This document shows positions 13,081 through 33,236 of a stretch of DNA of 64,000 bases, in pieces. The DNA comes from Eledone cirrhosa. Taxonomy: Eukaryota. The notes under the pieces are model-generated. The model was not told the origin of the DNA. It saw only the letters and a list, made by a program, of their open reading frames with translations, and searched no databases. Where the stretch lies: NCBI GenBank assembly GCA_964016885.1, contig OZ024740.1:338954001-339018000 (forward strand). Direction: 5' to 3'. Both the position numbers and the translations under genes were made by a program. Position 1 is the stretch's first letter. Each line of letters begins with the position of its first letter.

Positions 13081-13605
13081 AATATAGTAATAATAATAAA
13101 TTTCAAGACTAAAATCCAAAGAGGGCTCGATAAGGATAAATATATATCAAATATATAAGAACCGTAGAGCAAATATTTATTAAAATAACAGATTAAAGTT
13201 TAAGCAAAGAATCGCTGCTTTCAGCCTTAACGGGATCTTCTGAATCTAACAAAGTCAATCTGTAAACGCAGAAGTGGATTTTAGTCTTGAAATTTATTAT
13301 TATTACTATTTGGCTCCCTCGGTTGAGCACTCTACTGACTTATATTCATCATGCAGAAACAACATCTGAATATTTCTACTAAGAACATACCCGTACCAAG
13401 CAGGAAAACATACCTAAAACTCCTGCCCGTTCTTTGCCAGCGAACGTCTCCACGAACCAAAGTATCGTCTTCTTGTCTTCCTCCGGTTGCAACGTTTTTT
13501 GAAATATTCACTTCTGCGTTTACAGATTGACTTTGTTAGTTTCAGAAGATCTCGTTAAGGGTGAAAACAGCGATTCTTTGCTTAAACTTTAATCTGTTAT
13601 TTTAA
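13081..13605. mobile_element. Inverted pair of family M PLE termini, each with a CAGAAGA-core HHR (-13197-13247, +13538-13588)
   Basis: Inverted copies of AGTTTCAGAAGATCCCGTTAAGGGTGAAAGCAGCGATTCTTTGCTTAAACT. Confidence 0.7.
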
Positions 13606-13621
13606 TGAATATATATATATA

Positions 13622-13661
<40 letters not shown>

Positions 13662-13662
13662 A

Positions 13663-13743
<81 letters not shown>

Positions 13744-13782
13744 CATATATATATATAAGTATATATATATATATATAAAAGC

Positions 13783-14902
13783 AAATAACGAAACGAAATT
13801 AAATTTCGTTTCGTTTGTAACTCACTTTTGTATGACTGACGCTTAAACAATTAAGTTAAAAATGTACATCCACATATGTATACTGAAATACTAGTATGCA
13901 TATGAATACACACACGTGTACATATGTAGATGTACCGAGTTTTTCACTGGACACTTTACTGTGAGTGTCCAGCTATTCTGTATGTAAACACACAGACAAA
14001 CCGGTTTTTAGAGTCATACTGGTTTTCGAGGAAACACCTTTCCTCTATTCTCCAGAAAGCCAGACAAGGAATATTGGACTAGTTTCGATGTTGTTACATC
14101 TCATCAGCAATATTTACCTATCTTCCGGCCTTTCTAGAGAATCGTAAAAGCACATATCGTTATATGCTTTTTCTATGAAAATTAGTAGTGGGCAGACTAA
14201 TTTGCATAGAGCGTGAGTACGTACCGGTTCAGCGGAGACGATAAAAAAAAATAACGAAACGAAATTAAATTTCGTTTCGTTTGTAACTCACTTTTGTATG
14301 ACTGACGCTTAAACAATTAAGTTAAAAATGTACATCCACATATGTATACTGAAATACTAGTATGCATATGAATACACACACGTGTACATATGTAGATGTA
14401 CCGAGTTTTTCACTGGACACTTTACTGTGAGTGTCCAGAGCGTCAGTCATACAAAAGTGAGTTACAAACGAAACGAAATTTAATTTCGTTTCGTTATTTG
14501 TTTTTATCGTCTCCGCTGAACCGGTACGTACTCACGCTCTATGCAAATTAGTCTGCCCACTACTAATTTTCATAGAAAAAGCATATAACGATATGTGCTT
14601 TTACGATTCTCTAGAAAGGCCGGAAGATAGGTAAATATTGCTGATGAGATGTAACAACATCGAAACTAGTCCAATATTCCTTGTCTGGCTTTCTGGAGAA
14701 TAGAGGAAAGGTGTTTCCTCTAAAACCAGTATGACTCTAAAAACCGGTTTGTCTGTGTGTTTACATACAGAATAGCTGGACACTCACAGTAAAGTGTCCA
14801 GTGAAAAACTCGGTACATCTACATATGTACACGTGTGTGTATTCATATGCATACTAGTATTTCAGTATACATATGTGGATGTACATTTTTAACTTAATTG
14901 TT
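13783..14902. mobile_element. Non-coding 466-nt unit element (1.4 tandem units plus an inverted unit), HHR at -14070-14114 and +14634-14678
   Basis: ATAACGAAAC recurs at 13785 and 14251; inversion at ~14438; AATATTG-CTGATGA-GATGTAACAACATC-GAAA-CTAG-TC-CAATATT. Confidence 0.85.
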
Positions 14903-14973
14903 TATATATATATAAATATATATATATATATAAATATATATATATATAAATATATAAATATATAAATATATAT

Positions 14974-15044
<71 letters not shown>

Positions 15045-15062
15045 AATATGTATATATATATT

Positions 15063-15116
<54 letters not shown>

Positions 15117-15132
15117 AATATATATATATATT

Positions 15133-15166
<34 letters not shown>

Positions 15167-15217
15167 AATATATATATATAAATATATATATATAAATATA
15201 TATATATACATAAATAT

Positions 15218-15270
<53 letters not shown>

Positions 15271-15299
15271 AATATATATATATAAATATATAAATATAA

Positions 15300-15332
<33 letters not shown>

Positions 15333-15339
15333 AATATAA

Positions 15340-17840
15340 ATATTAAAATATAAGTATTAATAAAATAGATGTTCTTTTGATCAATTACATTTTATTATAC
15401 ATATATCGGATGTACAACAGTACGTCCTCATCAGACAAAATATAATGATACATGACATACCCTGAGATGTTAAATGGTTAACATTTAATCAAGGTAGTGA
15501 TTAACCCAAGAGAACATTTTACTTATATCCCGTTAATGAGAAAATGCGAAAATGTAATAAATTCATTAGAGAATGTGTGAGTAATAAAAAACGTTGCATA
15601 TTGTAACTGTTCTAAAAGTTTTAAAGTGTATGATACTACGATATATCTAGGAAAACGTCTCATGAATCATAACAGCCAGTGATAGCCACTGGAAAAGGAT
15701 TTATAAAGAGGGAAAAATAATGGGGGGGGGGGTTTATATATGCAAAAGGAGATTTTTTCGAAAGCTAAACGGTTAAATTTGAAAATATTTACTTTATAAT
15801 GTTAGGGTGAAGATTCCAGATTTCAGGATTATTTGCTGGTTATTTATATATCATTTATATGAATTCGGTGGATTGGCAGTATCGGTAGAGGGTCGGACGC
15901 CATGCTTTCCAGCATAGTTACGTCCCTTTACGATCTGAGTTCAAATCCCGCCGAGGTTGACTTTGCCTTTCATCCTTACGGGGTCGATAAAATAAAGTAC
16001 CAGTAATGCACTGGGTAATTACTGGCCTTGTGCCTAAAGTAGAAACAATTATTTATATGAATTCGATAAGTGTGTTATCATTTCTAAACTTCTGAATTTT
16101 AAGAGTAACATTTAAAGGATTTAGCTGGAACATAAAGAATGAAATATTATACTGTTGATTATTTACCTAAATTCAAACTTTAACAAATATACCAATATAT
16201 TAGGTATGTAAAGCTTTTGAATTACTTATTGTTATAAATATTTAAATAACTATTATGTATATAGGTATATATTAATGAGCCAGTATATTTAAGGTAAATA
16301 ATAACGACGAAGATAAAAATAAAATAAGATAATATATTGAAGGATGTTAAGGATAAATATATACCTATGTATAACTGGGTGTAAATGCACTAATTATTCT
16401 TCAACCAAGATATCAACATATTATTAGATATAGGGATGTATATATATAAATATATATTAGGTATTATTAGTGTAGTGTACTTTAGGTAAATGATAATAGT
16501 TATAATTTTATCAACGTGTCACATTTAAATACATATATATAAGAAAAACAACAATTAGTCCATGGATAATACAGAGTTCAAAATAATGTCTATAATAATT
16601 TTTAGTTTGGATATTTTCTCTATATTTGAATCATATATATAGAAATGTGGTAGGTATATTTAAAAATATATAAAATATAATATATAACTACATACATATT
16701 ATAATACATTATATTATAAGTAAATAAGAGATCGAATGTACAGCGAAAAATCACATTTATATATAAGTTTGAATCCGTCTCAAATTTTAGATTTTATAGT
16801 GCAGTAAATATATCTATAAGAGATATATGTTATATTATACTATAAATAATAGATCAAAAACTCATTAAAAATTTATAGTTATAGATAAGTTTCATAAACA
16901 TTTATGGATTGGGTATTAAACTAAAATTTAAAAGAGATCACAAATGTATTAAAAATTCACAGTTAAATAAATTCCATAAATATGTAAGGATTAGGTATTA
17001 TACTAAATTATAATCATAGATAGGAAGATAGATAGAAATAAGGAGATAAAGAAATGATGGTATTGATTAAAGTTAACAAATAATGTTGTGTGTATCAATG
17101 TTTAAGCATGTTAATTGAAATATTGTCATTCATTCTAGCGTTGTTATTGGTTTGGTGTAATTGTTTCTTTCTTTCTCGTTTTATGTGAGGCTAAAAAATT
17201 GGACGTAGCTTTATGGAGGCAACTAGAGAATAATTCACTTTTTTTGTTAATTAGGGTCTCATAATTATTAATAATCAACAGGGTCTCCATTGTATAGAGC
17301 GGGCAGTTATTTGATATACTAGAGTTGCGGTAAATTCCACAGTTCCGAAGTTTAGTCCAAAGAATGGAGTATTCTAAATTCTTCTCTTTTAAAGACCATA
17401 TGAGCTGTGATAAAGAAGTGGATGATTTCCTCTTAGAGTTCGAGAATGAGTATTTATGGTTCGCAAAACGGGCTTTGAATGTGGACGAGGTTGATCCAAT
17501 GTAATTGTATGTTTTGTGGTCAGTTTCTACGGTGCATTTATAAACCAAATTACTATCTAAACAATTATTTTGCAAAGGGCAATTAGTTTTATTTCTACAA
17601 TTACATTTTGGTTTAGTATCATTAATGTTAACTCTATTATTATGATCATTATGTTGGTTTGGTTTTAGGATTTTGGCGTTTAATTTGGCGATGTTTTGGG
17701 CCATGTTACTGGTTGTAGAATTTGCGAATTTAATGGTATGCCTACTAAAAATGGAATGGTATTTATGTTGAGTAGGGAAAGAGGTGTCAATAGCTTTAAA
17801 GAATAGTTTTGCAATTGGTGTTTTAACTGCTTCCAATACT
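15340..17840 (-). mobile_element. 5'-truncated PLE (family A): GIY-YIG region 17144-17836 plus long 3' UTR with HHR
   Basis: FPTQHKYHSIF, CNCRNKTNCPL..C, LVYKC..YIGST..FKARF.NH, LINKKSEL. Confidence 0.88.
15869..16050 (+). mobile_element. tRNA-derived SINE inserted in a PLE 3' UTR, with 15-bp TSD
   Basis: A-box TGGCAGTATCGG, B-box GAGTTCAAATCC; ATTTATATGAATTCG on both flanks; paralog at ~59870 lacks the insert. Confidence 0.85.
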
Positions 17841-17924
17841 GTAAAACTAATTCTTTGTCATAATCATGGAATATTGTTTAACAATTTAATACATATATAT
17901 AAATATATATATATATATATAAAT

Positions 17925-17981
<57 letters not shown>

Positions 17982-18028
17982 TAAATATATATATATATAA
18001 TTATGTAATAAACAACATAGGGTAATTA

Positions 18029-18089
18029 TTTCATTTACCAATGGTTTCTTGAAAGCAAACAAATTTTGTTTTCAATCATCAGAATGAAA
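18029..18089 (-). ncRNA. Type I hammerhead ribozyme (family N)
   Basis: rc: TTTCATT-CTGATGA-TTGAAA..TTTCAA-GAAA-CCATTGG-TA-AATGAAA. Confidence 0.8.
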
Positions 18090-18193
18090 AAATCCTGGTG
18101 TATTTATTGACAATGGATTTTAAAAACAAAAATATAATCTATATGAAAGTGAGGCTGGAAAAGGAAGAAGCAAAGGAAAAATAAACACACATG

Positions 18194-18225
<32 letters not shown>

Positions 18226-18306
18226 CATACGCACACATATATACATACACATATATATATACATACACATATATATATATGTATACATATATATATATAT
18301 ATATAT

Positions 18307-18995
18307 AACTAGGAATTGATCAACATATATATAAATAAATATAAACATGAAAAATCACAGGAGATAATTTTTACAAGCGTGTAACCACGCATGGCTAGTA
18401 GGTAACAAATAAATAAAGTTAACTAGAACTTCAAAAATATATACCTTTTAATGATTAATCTTCCCTGTATATATTTCATTAAAGAAATATATTTCACCAA
18501 TTAATCAGATGGTAAGTCGCGGAAAGTGGATATTATTGGATTATCAACAAGGAAGAACAATATCAAACGATCCATGTTTACACTTCGAGTCAAAATCTTA
18601 AACTGGCCGCTACCACGTGTTGATATTACACATCACAGCGGTTTCGTTTCAGTGGCGTGAATAGGTATTCGACAACTAGAAATAGCAGTCAATTCCCTTC
18701 AACAGAGTTAGCTCTACAATTAAGGAGCAGTATTATATATCTATATCCAAAATTAAGATAGATTAAAAGAATTCAATCAGAATCGAAATTCTGATTAATT
18801 GGTGAAATATATTTCTTTAATGAAATATATACAGGGAAGATTAATCATTAAAAGGTATATATTTTTGAAGTTCTAGTTAACTTTATTTATTTGTTACCTA
18901 CTAGCCATGCGTGGTTACACGCTTGTAAAAATTATCTCCTGTGATTTTTCATGTTTATATTTATTTATATATATATGTTCATCAATTCCTAGTTA
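18307..18995. repeat. ~200-bp inverted repeat (18307-18510 vs 18792-18995)
   Basis: AACTAGGAATTGAT...CACCAATTAATCAGA and its reverse complement. Confidence 0.75.
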
Positions 18996-19122
18996 TTAAA
19001 ATGCTCGTACTTACAAAGTCCTAGAGCTTATTTTCCGGGCGATATGGCGCATTCCGTTAAGGAATGACACCCATAATTTCGATTCGGATTGAATTCTTTT
19101 AATCTATCTTAATTTTGGATAT

Positions 19123-19209
<87 letters not shown>

Positions 19210-19330
19210 CATACACACATACATACACGTACAAATACGCATACATATACATATACATACATACACACATATGTATCCACATATCCATACATACACATAC
19301 GCACAAATACACGAACACACACACACACAC

Positions 19331-19381
<51 letters not shown>

Positions 19382-19752
19382 TATATATATAATTCTATAT
19401 ATATATACATATATATATACACACACAATCATACATATATACACACGTACATACGCACACATATATACACACCTATATACACGCATACATACGCACACAC
19501 AAATATAGATATATGTACACACACCTACATACGCACACACACAAAAAATATAATAGACAACCATATAGGCCGTCACATAAGAATAAAAATAAATGTAAAA
19601 ATTATTATAAAGTTGACAGCGATACAGGAGACAAATAAATGAACAAACACATGCGGTAAGCAATACACACAATTACACATACATACATATAAATAAATAC
19701 ATACATACACACATACACATACATATACACATACATATACATACACATACAC

Positions 19753-19882
<130 letters not shown>

Positions 19883-20109
19883 TACACGGGTGTGTATGAT
19901 TGTGTATAGAAGATTATATTAATAAGAGGAATTCTTCCAACTTTGTCTGAATTACTCGTTTTATTTACGATCCTTTAAAATTTAAAATGGTATTATAATG
20001 AAATAGTATGATAGAATATTAAATGTTAAGTGTTAATTGAACAAGTACTTTCATGCTTTCGCAATCTTCAGGTTCATAATGTGTGGTGACAGTCAAGTTT
20101 GCAATTTTC

Positions 20110-20188
<79 letters not shown>

Positions 20189-20549
20189 TAGATAGATAGA
20201 TAGATAGGTAAATATACACGGGTGTGTATGATTGTGTATAGAAGATTATATTAATAAGAGGAATTCCAACTTTGTCTGATTTACTCGTTTTATTTACAAT
20301 CCTTTAAAATATATATAATGGTATTATAATGAAATAGTATGATAGAATATTAAATTCTAAGTGTTAATTGAACAAGTACTTTCATGCTTTCGCAATCTTC
20401 AGGTTCATGATATGTGGTGACAGTCGAGTTTGCAATTTTCAACTGTAATGAGATGGGTAAATTTCCTACCTTTTATACATTTTATACAGAGAAAAGTGGC
20501 TCCAGAATACAAAGCCCTGTAAACTGTATTTCGACCAATCAGTGTGTAG

Positions 20550-22566
20550 TTAGGTATGATACATTTTATTACTAATTATATCTAAATGTTTCTTCTCTCT
20601 TCATAATGTATTTTTAACTCTGATACTGGTTCAGTCTAGTTCAACTGAATTGGTCTGTCCCGGTCATTCATTGAGCAACATCGGTGAAGTTGGCACCCTT
20701 AACTCACAGTTAGGTGTGGATGCATTCATGTATATATGTGTGTGTCCGCATGTATCTGTGTGTTTCTAAATATATTGTTAATAACTCCCTCTGGTCGAGC
20801 AATCTTTGAAGTGTGGGGACAGCTGGAAAGCTTCCATTACTCATACTTCTCGCCTTCTTCACCACCTCTTCTACGGCCTCGATATAAATACCCCCTCCGC
20901 CTCCGTGGTATTTTCTTCGGGGTTATAGGAGGCTTAGCTCTGTTTCTCGACCGTTATATCGCGTGACTATCTCCCCCTCCGCCTTTTGGGATTCTTTCTC
21001 ACGTCGTGTAGACGCGTTCTTGAGACTAGTAAAATGAGGTATCCTCTTGATAAGTCGGCAGACCTCGCAAGGACTCTATATCTTTATGATATATTGTTTT
21101 TGTTTATGCCACGAAACTACGTAGTCGAGGAATTTAGGAACAGTTTAGGTATGATACATTTTATTACTAATTATATCTAAATGTTTCTTCTCTCTTCATA
21201 ATGTATTTTTAACTCTGATACTGGTTCAGTCTAGTTCAACTGAATTGGTCTGTCCCGGTCATTCATTGAGCAACATCGGTGAAGTTGGCACCCTTAACTC
21301 ACAGTTGGGTGCGGATGCATTCATGTATATATGTGTGTGTCCGCATGTATCTGTGTGTTTCTAAATATATTGTTAATAACGCCCTCTGGTCGAGCAATCT
21401 TTGAAGTGTGGGGACAGCTGGAAAGCTTCCATTACTCATACTTCTCGCCTTCTTCACCACCTCTTCTACGGCCTCGATATAAATACCCCCTCCGCCTCCG
21501 TGGTATTTTCTTCGGGGTTATAGGAGGCTTAGCTCTGTTTCTCGACCGTTATATCGCGTGACTATCTCCCCCTCCGCCTTTTGGGATTCTTTCTCACGTC
21601 GTGTAGACGCGTTCTTGAGACTAGTAAAATTAGGTATCCTCTTGATAAGTCGGCAGACCTCGCAAGGACTCTATATCTTTATGATATATTGTTTTTGTTT
21701 ATGCCACGAAACTACGTAGTCGAGGAATTTAGGAACAGTTTAGGTATGATACATTTTATTACTAATTATATCTAAATGTTTCTTCTCTCTTCATAATGTA
21801 TTTTTAACTCTGATACTGGTTCAGTCTAGTTCAACTGAATTGGTCTGTCCCGGTCATTCATTGAGCAACATCGGTGAAGTTGGCACCCTTAACTCACAGT
21901 TGGGTGCGGATGCATTCATGTATATATGTGTGTGTCCGCATGTATCTGTGTGTTTCTAAATATATTGTTAATAACTCCCTCTGGTCGAGCAATCTTTGAA
22001 GTGTGGGGACAGCTGGAAAGCTTCCATTACTCATACTTCTCGCCTTCTTCACCACCTCTTCTACGGCCTCGATATAAATACCCCCTCCGCCTCCGTGGTA
22101 TTTTCTTCGGGGTTATAGGAGGCTTAGCTCTGTTTCTCGACCGTTATATCGCGTGACTATCTCCCCCTCCGCCTTTTGGGATTCTTTCCAACGTCGTGTA
22201 GACGCGTTCTTGAGACTAGTAAAATGAGGTATCCTCTTGATAAGTCGGCAGACCTCGCAAGGACTCTATATCTTTATGATATATTGTTTTTGTTTATGCC
22301 ACGAAACTACGTAGTCGAGGAATTTAGGAGCAGTTTAGGTATGATACATTTTATTACTAATTATATCTAAATGTTTCTTCTCTCTTCATAATGTATTTTT
22401 AACTCTGATACTGGTTCAGTCTAGTTCAACTGAATTGGTCTGTCCCGGTCATTCATTGAGCAACATCGGTGAAGTTGGCACCCTTAACTCACAGTTGGGT
22501 GCGGATGCATTCATGTATATATGTGTGTGTCCGCATGTATCTGTGTGTTTCTAAATATATTGTTAA
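20550..22566 (+). mobile_element. 595-bp tandem array (3.4 units), one HHR per unit; retrozyme-like (repeated at 23458-25474 and 26366-28382)
   Basis: Period 595 (20736/21331/21926); no credible ORF; HHR in each monomer. Confidence 0.85.
21042..21131 (+). ncRNA. Hammerhead ribozyme with U3:A8 core and 59-nt stem II (9 copies starting 21042, 21637, 22232, 23950, 24545, 25140, 26858, 27453, 28048)
   Basis: TCCTC-TTGATAA-GTCGGCA...TGCCAC-GAAA-CTACGTAG-TC-GAGGA; predicted cleavage after 21126. Confidence 0.8.
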
Positions 22567-22941
22567 ATATATATATATATATATGAATATATATATATAT
22601 AAATATATATATATAAATAAATATATATATATATATAAATATATATAAATATATATAAATATATATATATATATATAAATATATATATAAATATAAATAT
22701 ATATATAAATATATAGGAACGAGTAGGACCCCGACGGCTGAGCTCAAGCCGTTTCGACGGCTATTTCTGGACTAAATTTAGTCCAGAATTAGCCGTCGAA
22801 AAGGGCTTGAGCTCAGCCGTCGGGGTCCTACTCGTTCCTATTACCCACTCTACTACCCTAAGTATTGAGTACTTTGGTGCGTTATGGTCCACCTGGTTCC
22901 TTACCACATTTCCTTTGTTATAAATATATATATATATAAAT

Positions 22942-23096
<155 letters not shown>

Positions 23097-25849
23097 TAGA
23101 TAGATAGATAGATAGGTAAATATACACGGGTGTGTATGATTGTGTATAGAAGATTATATTAATAAGAGGAATTCCAACTTTGTCTGATTTACTCGTTTTA
23201 TTTACAATCCTTTAAAATATATATAATGGTATTATAATGAAATAGTATGATAGAATATTAAATTCTAAGTGTTAATTGAACAAGTACTTTCATGCTTTCG
23301 CAATCTTCAGGTTCATGATATGTGGTGACAGTCGAGTTTGCAATTTTCAACTGTAATGAGATGGGTAAATTTCCTACCTTTTATACATTTTATACAGAGA
23401 AAAGTGGCTCCAGAATACAAAGCCCTGTAAACTGTATTTCGACCAATCAGTGTGTAGTTAGGTATGATACATTTTATTACTAATTATATCTAAATGTTTC
23501 TTCTCTCTTCATAATGTATTTTTAACTCTGATACTGGTTCAGTCTAGTTCAACTGAATTGGTCTGTCCCGGTCATTCATTGAGCAACATCGGTGAAGTTG
23601 GCACCCTTAACTCACAGTTAGGTGCGGATGCATTCATGTATATATGTGTGTGTCCGCATGTATCTGTGTGTTTCTAAATATATTGTTAATAACTCCCTCT
23701 GGTCGAGCAATCTTTGAAGTGTGGGGACAGCTGGAAAGCTTCCATTACTCATACTTCTCGCCTTCTTCACCACCTCTTCTACGGCCTCGATATAAATACC
23801 CCCTCCGCCTCCGTGGTATTTTCTTCGGGGTTATAGGAGGCTTAGCTCTGTTTCTCGACCGTTATATCGCGTGACTATCTCCCCCTCCGCCTTTTGGGAT
23901 TCTTTCTCACGTCGTGTAGACGCGTTCTTGAGACTAGTAAAATGAGGTATCCTCTTGATAAGTCGGCAGACCTCGCAAGGACTCTATATCTTTATGATAT
24001 ATTGTTTTTGTTTATGCCACGAAACTACGTAGTCGAGGAATTTAGGAACAGTTTAGGTATGATACATTTTATTACTAATTATATCTAAATGTTTCTTCTC
24101 TCTTCATAATGTATTTTTAACTCTGATACTGGTTCAGTCTAGTTCAACTGAATTGGTCTGTCCCGGTCATTCATTGAGCAACATCGGTGAAGTTGGCACC
24201 CTTAACTCACAGTTGGGTGCGGATGCATTCATGTATATATGTGTGTGTCCGCATGTATCTGTGTGTTTCTAAATATATTGTTAATAACGCCCTCTGGTCG
24301 AGCAATCTTTGAAGTGTGGGGACAGCTGGAAAGCTTCCATTACTCATACTTCTCGCCTTCTTCACCACCTCTTCTACGGCCTCGATATAAATACCCCCTC
24401 CGCCTCCGTGGTATTTTCTTCGGGGTTATAGGAGGCTTAGCTCTGTTTCTCGACCGTTATATCGCGTGACTATCTCCCCCTCCGCCTTTTGGGATTCTTT
24501 CTCACGTCGTGTAGACGCGTTCTTGAGACTAGTAAAATTAGGTATCCTCTTGATAAGTCGGCAGACCTCGCAAGGACTCTATATCTTTATGATATATTGT
24601 TTTTGTTTATGCCACGAAACTACGTAGTCGAGGAATTTAGGAACAGTTTAGGTATGATACATTTTATTACTAATTATATCTAAATGTTTCTTCTCTCTTC
24701 ATAATGTATTTTTAACTCTGATACTGGTTCAGTCTAGTTCAACTGAATTGGTCTGTCCCGGTCATTCATTGAGCAACATCGGTGAAGTTGGCACCCTTAA
24801 CTCACAGTTGGGTGCGGATGCATTCATGTATATATGTGTGTGTCCGCATGTATCTGTGTGTTTCTAAATATATTGTTAATAACTCCCTCTGGTCGAGCAA
24901 TCTTTGAAGTGTGGGGACAGCTGGAAAGCTTCCATTACTCATACTTCTCGCCTTCTTCACCACCTCTTCTACGGCCTCGATATAAATACCCCCTCCGCCT
25001 CCGTGGTATTTTCTTCGGGGTTATAGGAGGCTTAGCTCTGTTTCTCGACCGTTATATCGCGTGACTATCTCCCCCTCCGCCTTTTGGGATTCTTTCCAAC
25101 GTCGTGTAGACGCGTTCTTGAGACTAGTAAAATGAGGTATCCTCTTGATAAGTCGGCAGACCTCGCAAGGACTCTATATCTTTATGATATATTGTTTTTG
25201 TTTATGCCACGAAACTACGTAGTCGAGGAATTTAGGAGCAGTTTAGGTATGATACATTTTATTACTAATTATATCTAAATGTTTCTTCTCTCTTCATAAT
25301 GTATTTTTAACTCTGATACTGGTTCAGTCTAGTTCAACTGAATTGGTCTGTCCCGGTCATTCATTGAGCAACATCGGTGAAGTTGGCACCCTTAACTCAC
25401 AGTTGGGTGCGGATGCATTCATGTATATATGTGTGTGTCCGCATGTATCTGTGTGTTTCTAAATATATTGTTAAATATATATATATATATATGAATATAT
25501 ATATATATAAATATATATATATAAATAAATATATATATATATATAAATATATATAAATATATATAAATATATATATATATATATAAATATATATATAAAT
25601 ATAAATATATATATAAATATATAGGAACGAGTAGGACCCCGACGGCTGAGCTCAAGCCGTTTCGACGGCTATTTCTGGACTAAATTTAGTCCAGAATTAG
25701 CCGTCGAAAAGGGCTTGAGCTCAGCCGTCGGGGTCCTACTCGTTCCTATTACCCACTCTACTACCCTAAGTATTGAGTACTTTGGTGCGTTATGGTCCAC
25801 CTGGTTCCTTACCACATTTCCTTTGTTATAAATATATATATATATAAAT

Positions 25850-26004
<155 letters not shown>

Positions 26005-28757
26005 TAGATAGATAGATAGATAGGTAAATATACACGGGTGTGTATGATTGTGTATAGAAGATTATATTAATAAGAGGAATTCCAACTTTGTCTGATTTAC
26101 TCGTTTTATTTACAATCCTTTAAAATATATATAATGGTATTATAATGAAATAGTATGATAGAATATTAAATTCTAAGTGTTAATTGAACAAGTACTTTCA
26201 TGCTTTCGCAATCTTCAGGTTCATGATATGTGGTGACAGTCGAGTTTGCAATTTTCAACTGTAATGAGATGGGTAAATTTCCTACCTTTTATACATTTTA
26301 TACAGAGAAAAGTGGCTCCAGAATACAAAGCCCTGTAAACTGTATTTCGACCAATCAGTGTGTAGTTAGGTATGATACATTTTATTACTAATTATATCTA
26401 AATGTTTCTTCTCTCTTCATAATGTATTTTTAACTCTGATACTGGTTCAGTCTAGTTCAACTGAATTGGTCTGTCCCGGTCATTCATTGAGCAACATCGG
26501 TGAAGTTGGCACCCTTAACTCACAGTTAGGTGCGGATGCATTCATGTATATATGTGTGTGTCCGCATGTATCTGTGTGTTTCTAAATATATTGTTAATAA
26601 CTCCCTCTGGTCGAGCAATCTTTGAAGTGTGGGGACAGCTGGAAAGCTTCCATTACTCATACTTCTCGCCTTCTTCACCACCTCTTCTACGGCCTCGATA
26701 TAAATACCCCCTCCGCCTCCGTGGTATTTTCTTCGGGGTTATAGGAGGCTTAGCTCTGTTTCTCGACCGTTATATCGCGTGACTATCTCCCCCTCCGCCT
26801 TTTGGGATTCTTTCTCACGTCGTGTAGACGCGTTCTTGAGACTAGTAAAATGAGGTATCCTCTTGATAAGTCGGCAGACCTCGCAAGGACTCTATATCTT
26901 TATGATATATTGTTTTTGTTTATGCCACGAAACTACGTAGTCGAGGAATTTAGGAACAGTTTAGGTATGATACATTTTATTACTAATTATATCTAAATGT
27001 TTCTTCTCTCTTCATAATGTATTTTTAACTCTGATACTGGTTCAGTCTAGTTCAACTGAATTGGTCTGTCCCGGTCATTCATTGAGCAACATCGGTGAAG
27101 TTGGCACCCTTAACTCACAGTTGGGTGCGGATGCATTCATGTATATATGTGTGTGTCCGCATGTATCTGTGTGTTTCTAAATATATTGTTAATAACGCCC
27201 TCTGGTCGAGCAATCTTTGAAGTGTGGGGACAGCTGGAAAGCTTCCATTACTCATACTTCTCGCCTTCTTCACCACCTCTTCTACGGCCTCGATATAAAT
27301 ACCCCCTCCGCCTCCGTGGTATTTTCTTCGGGGTTATAGGAGGCTTAGCTCTGTTTCTCGACCGTTATATCGCGTGACTATCTCCCCCTCCGCCTTTTGG
27401 GATTCTTTCTCACGTCGTGTAGACGCGTTCTTGAGACTAGTAAAATTAGGTATCCTCTTGATAAGTCGGCAGACCTCGCAAGGACTCTATATCTTTATGA
27501 TATATTGTTTTTGTTTATGCCACGAAACTACGTAGTCGAGGAATTTAGGAACAGTTTAGGTATGATACATTTTATTACTAATTATATCTAAATGTTTCTT
27601 CTCTCTTCATAATGTATTTTTAACTCTGATACTGGTTCAGTCTAGTTCAACTGAATTGGTCTGTCCCGGTCATTCATTGAGCAACATCGGTGAAGTTGGC
27701 ACCCTTAACTCACAGTTGGGTGCGGATGCATTCATGTATATATGTGTGTGTCCGCATGTATCTGTGTGTTTCTAAATATATTGTTAATAACTCCCTCTGG
27801 TCGAGCAATCTTTGAAGTGTGGGGACAGCTGGAAAGCTTCCATTACTCATACTTCTCGCCTTCTTCACCACCTCTTCTACGGCCTCGATATAAATACCCC
27901 CTCCGCCTCCGTGGTATTTTCTTCGGGGTTATAGGAGGCTTAGCTCTGTTTCTCGACCGTTATATCGCGTGACTATCTCCCCCTCCGCCTTTTGGGATTC
28001 TTTCCAACGTCGTGTAGACGCGTTCTTGAGACTAGTAAAATGAGGTATCCTCTTGATAAGTCGGCAGACCTCGCAAGGACTCTATATCTTTATGATATAT
28101 TGTTTTTGTTTATGCCACGAAACTACGTAGTCGAGGAATTTAGGAGCAGTTTAGGTATGATACATTTTATTACTAATTATATCTAAATGTTTCTTCTCTC
28201 TTCATAATGTATTTTTAACTCTGATACTGGTTCAGTCTAGTTCAACTGAATTGGTCTGTCCCGGTCATTCATTGAGCAACATCGGTGAAGTTGGCACCCT
28301 TAACTCACAGTTGGGTGCGGATGCATTCATGTATATATGTGTGTGTCCGCATGTATCTGTGTGTTTCTAAATATATTGTTAAATATATATATATATATAT
28401 GAATATATATATATATAAATATATATATATAAATAAATATATATATATATATAAATATATATAAATATATATAAATATATATATATATATATAAATATAT
28501 ATATAAATATAAATATATATATAAATATATAGGAACGAGTAGGACCCCGACGGCTGAGCTCAAGCCGTTTCGACGGCTATTTCTGGACTAAATTTAGTCC
28601 AGAATTAGCCGTCGAAAAGGGCTTGAGCTCAGCCGTCGGGGTCCTACTCGTTCCTATTACCCACTCTACTACCCTAAGTATTGAGTACTTTGGTGCGTTA
28701 TGGTCCACCTGGTTCCTTACCACATTTCCTTTGTTATAAATATATATATATATAAAT

Positions 28758-30900
<2,143 letters not shown>

Positions 30901-30944
30901 CTTTGTACAATGGAGACCCTGTTGATTATTAATAATTATGTGTC

Positions 30945-33236
<2,292 letters not shown>

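Noticed and set aside
20736-21180. 76-aa and 64-aa ORFs repeated nine times
   Set aside because: They are identical only because of the tandem repeat; there are no recognisable motifs, and the 64-aa ORF has a non-ATG start and overlaps the ribozyme
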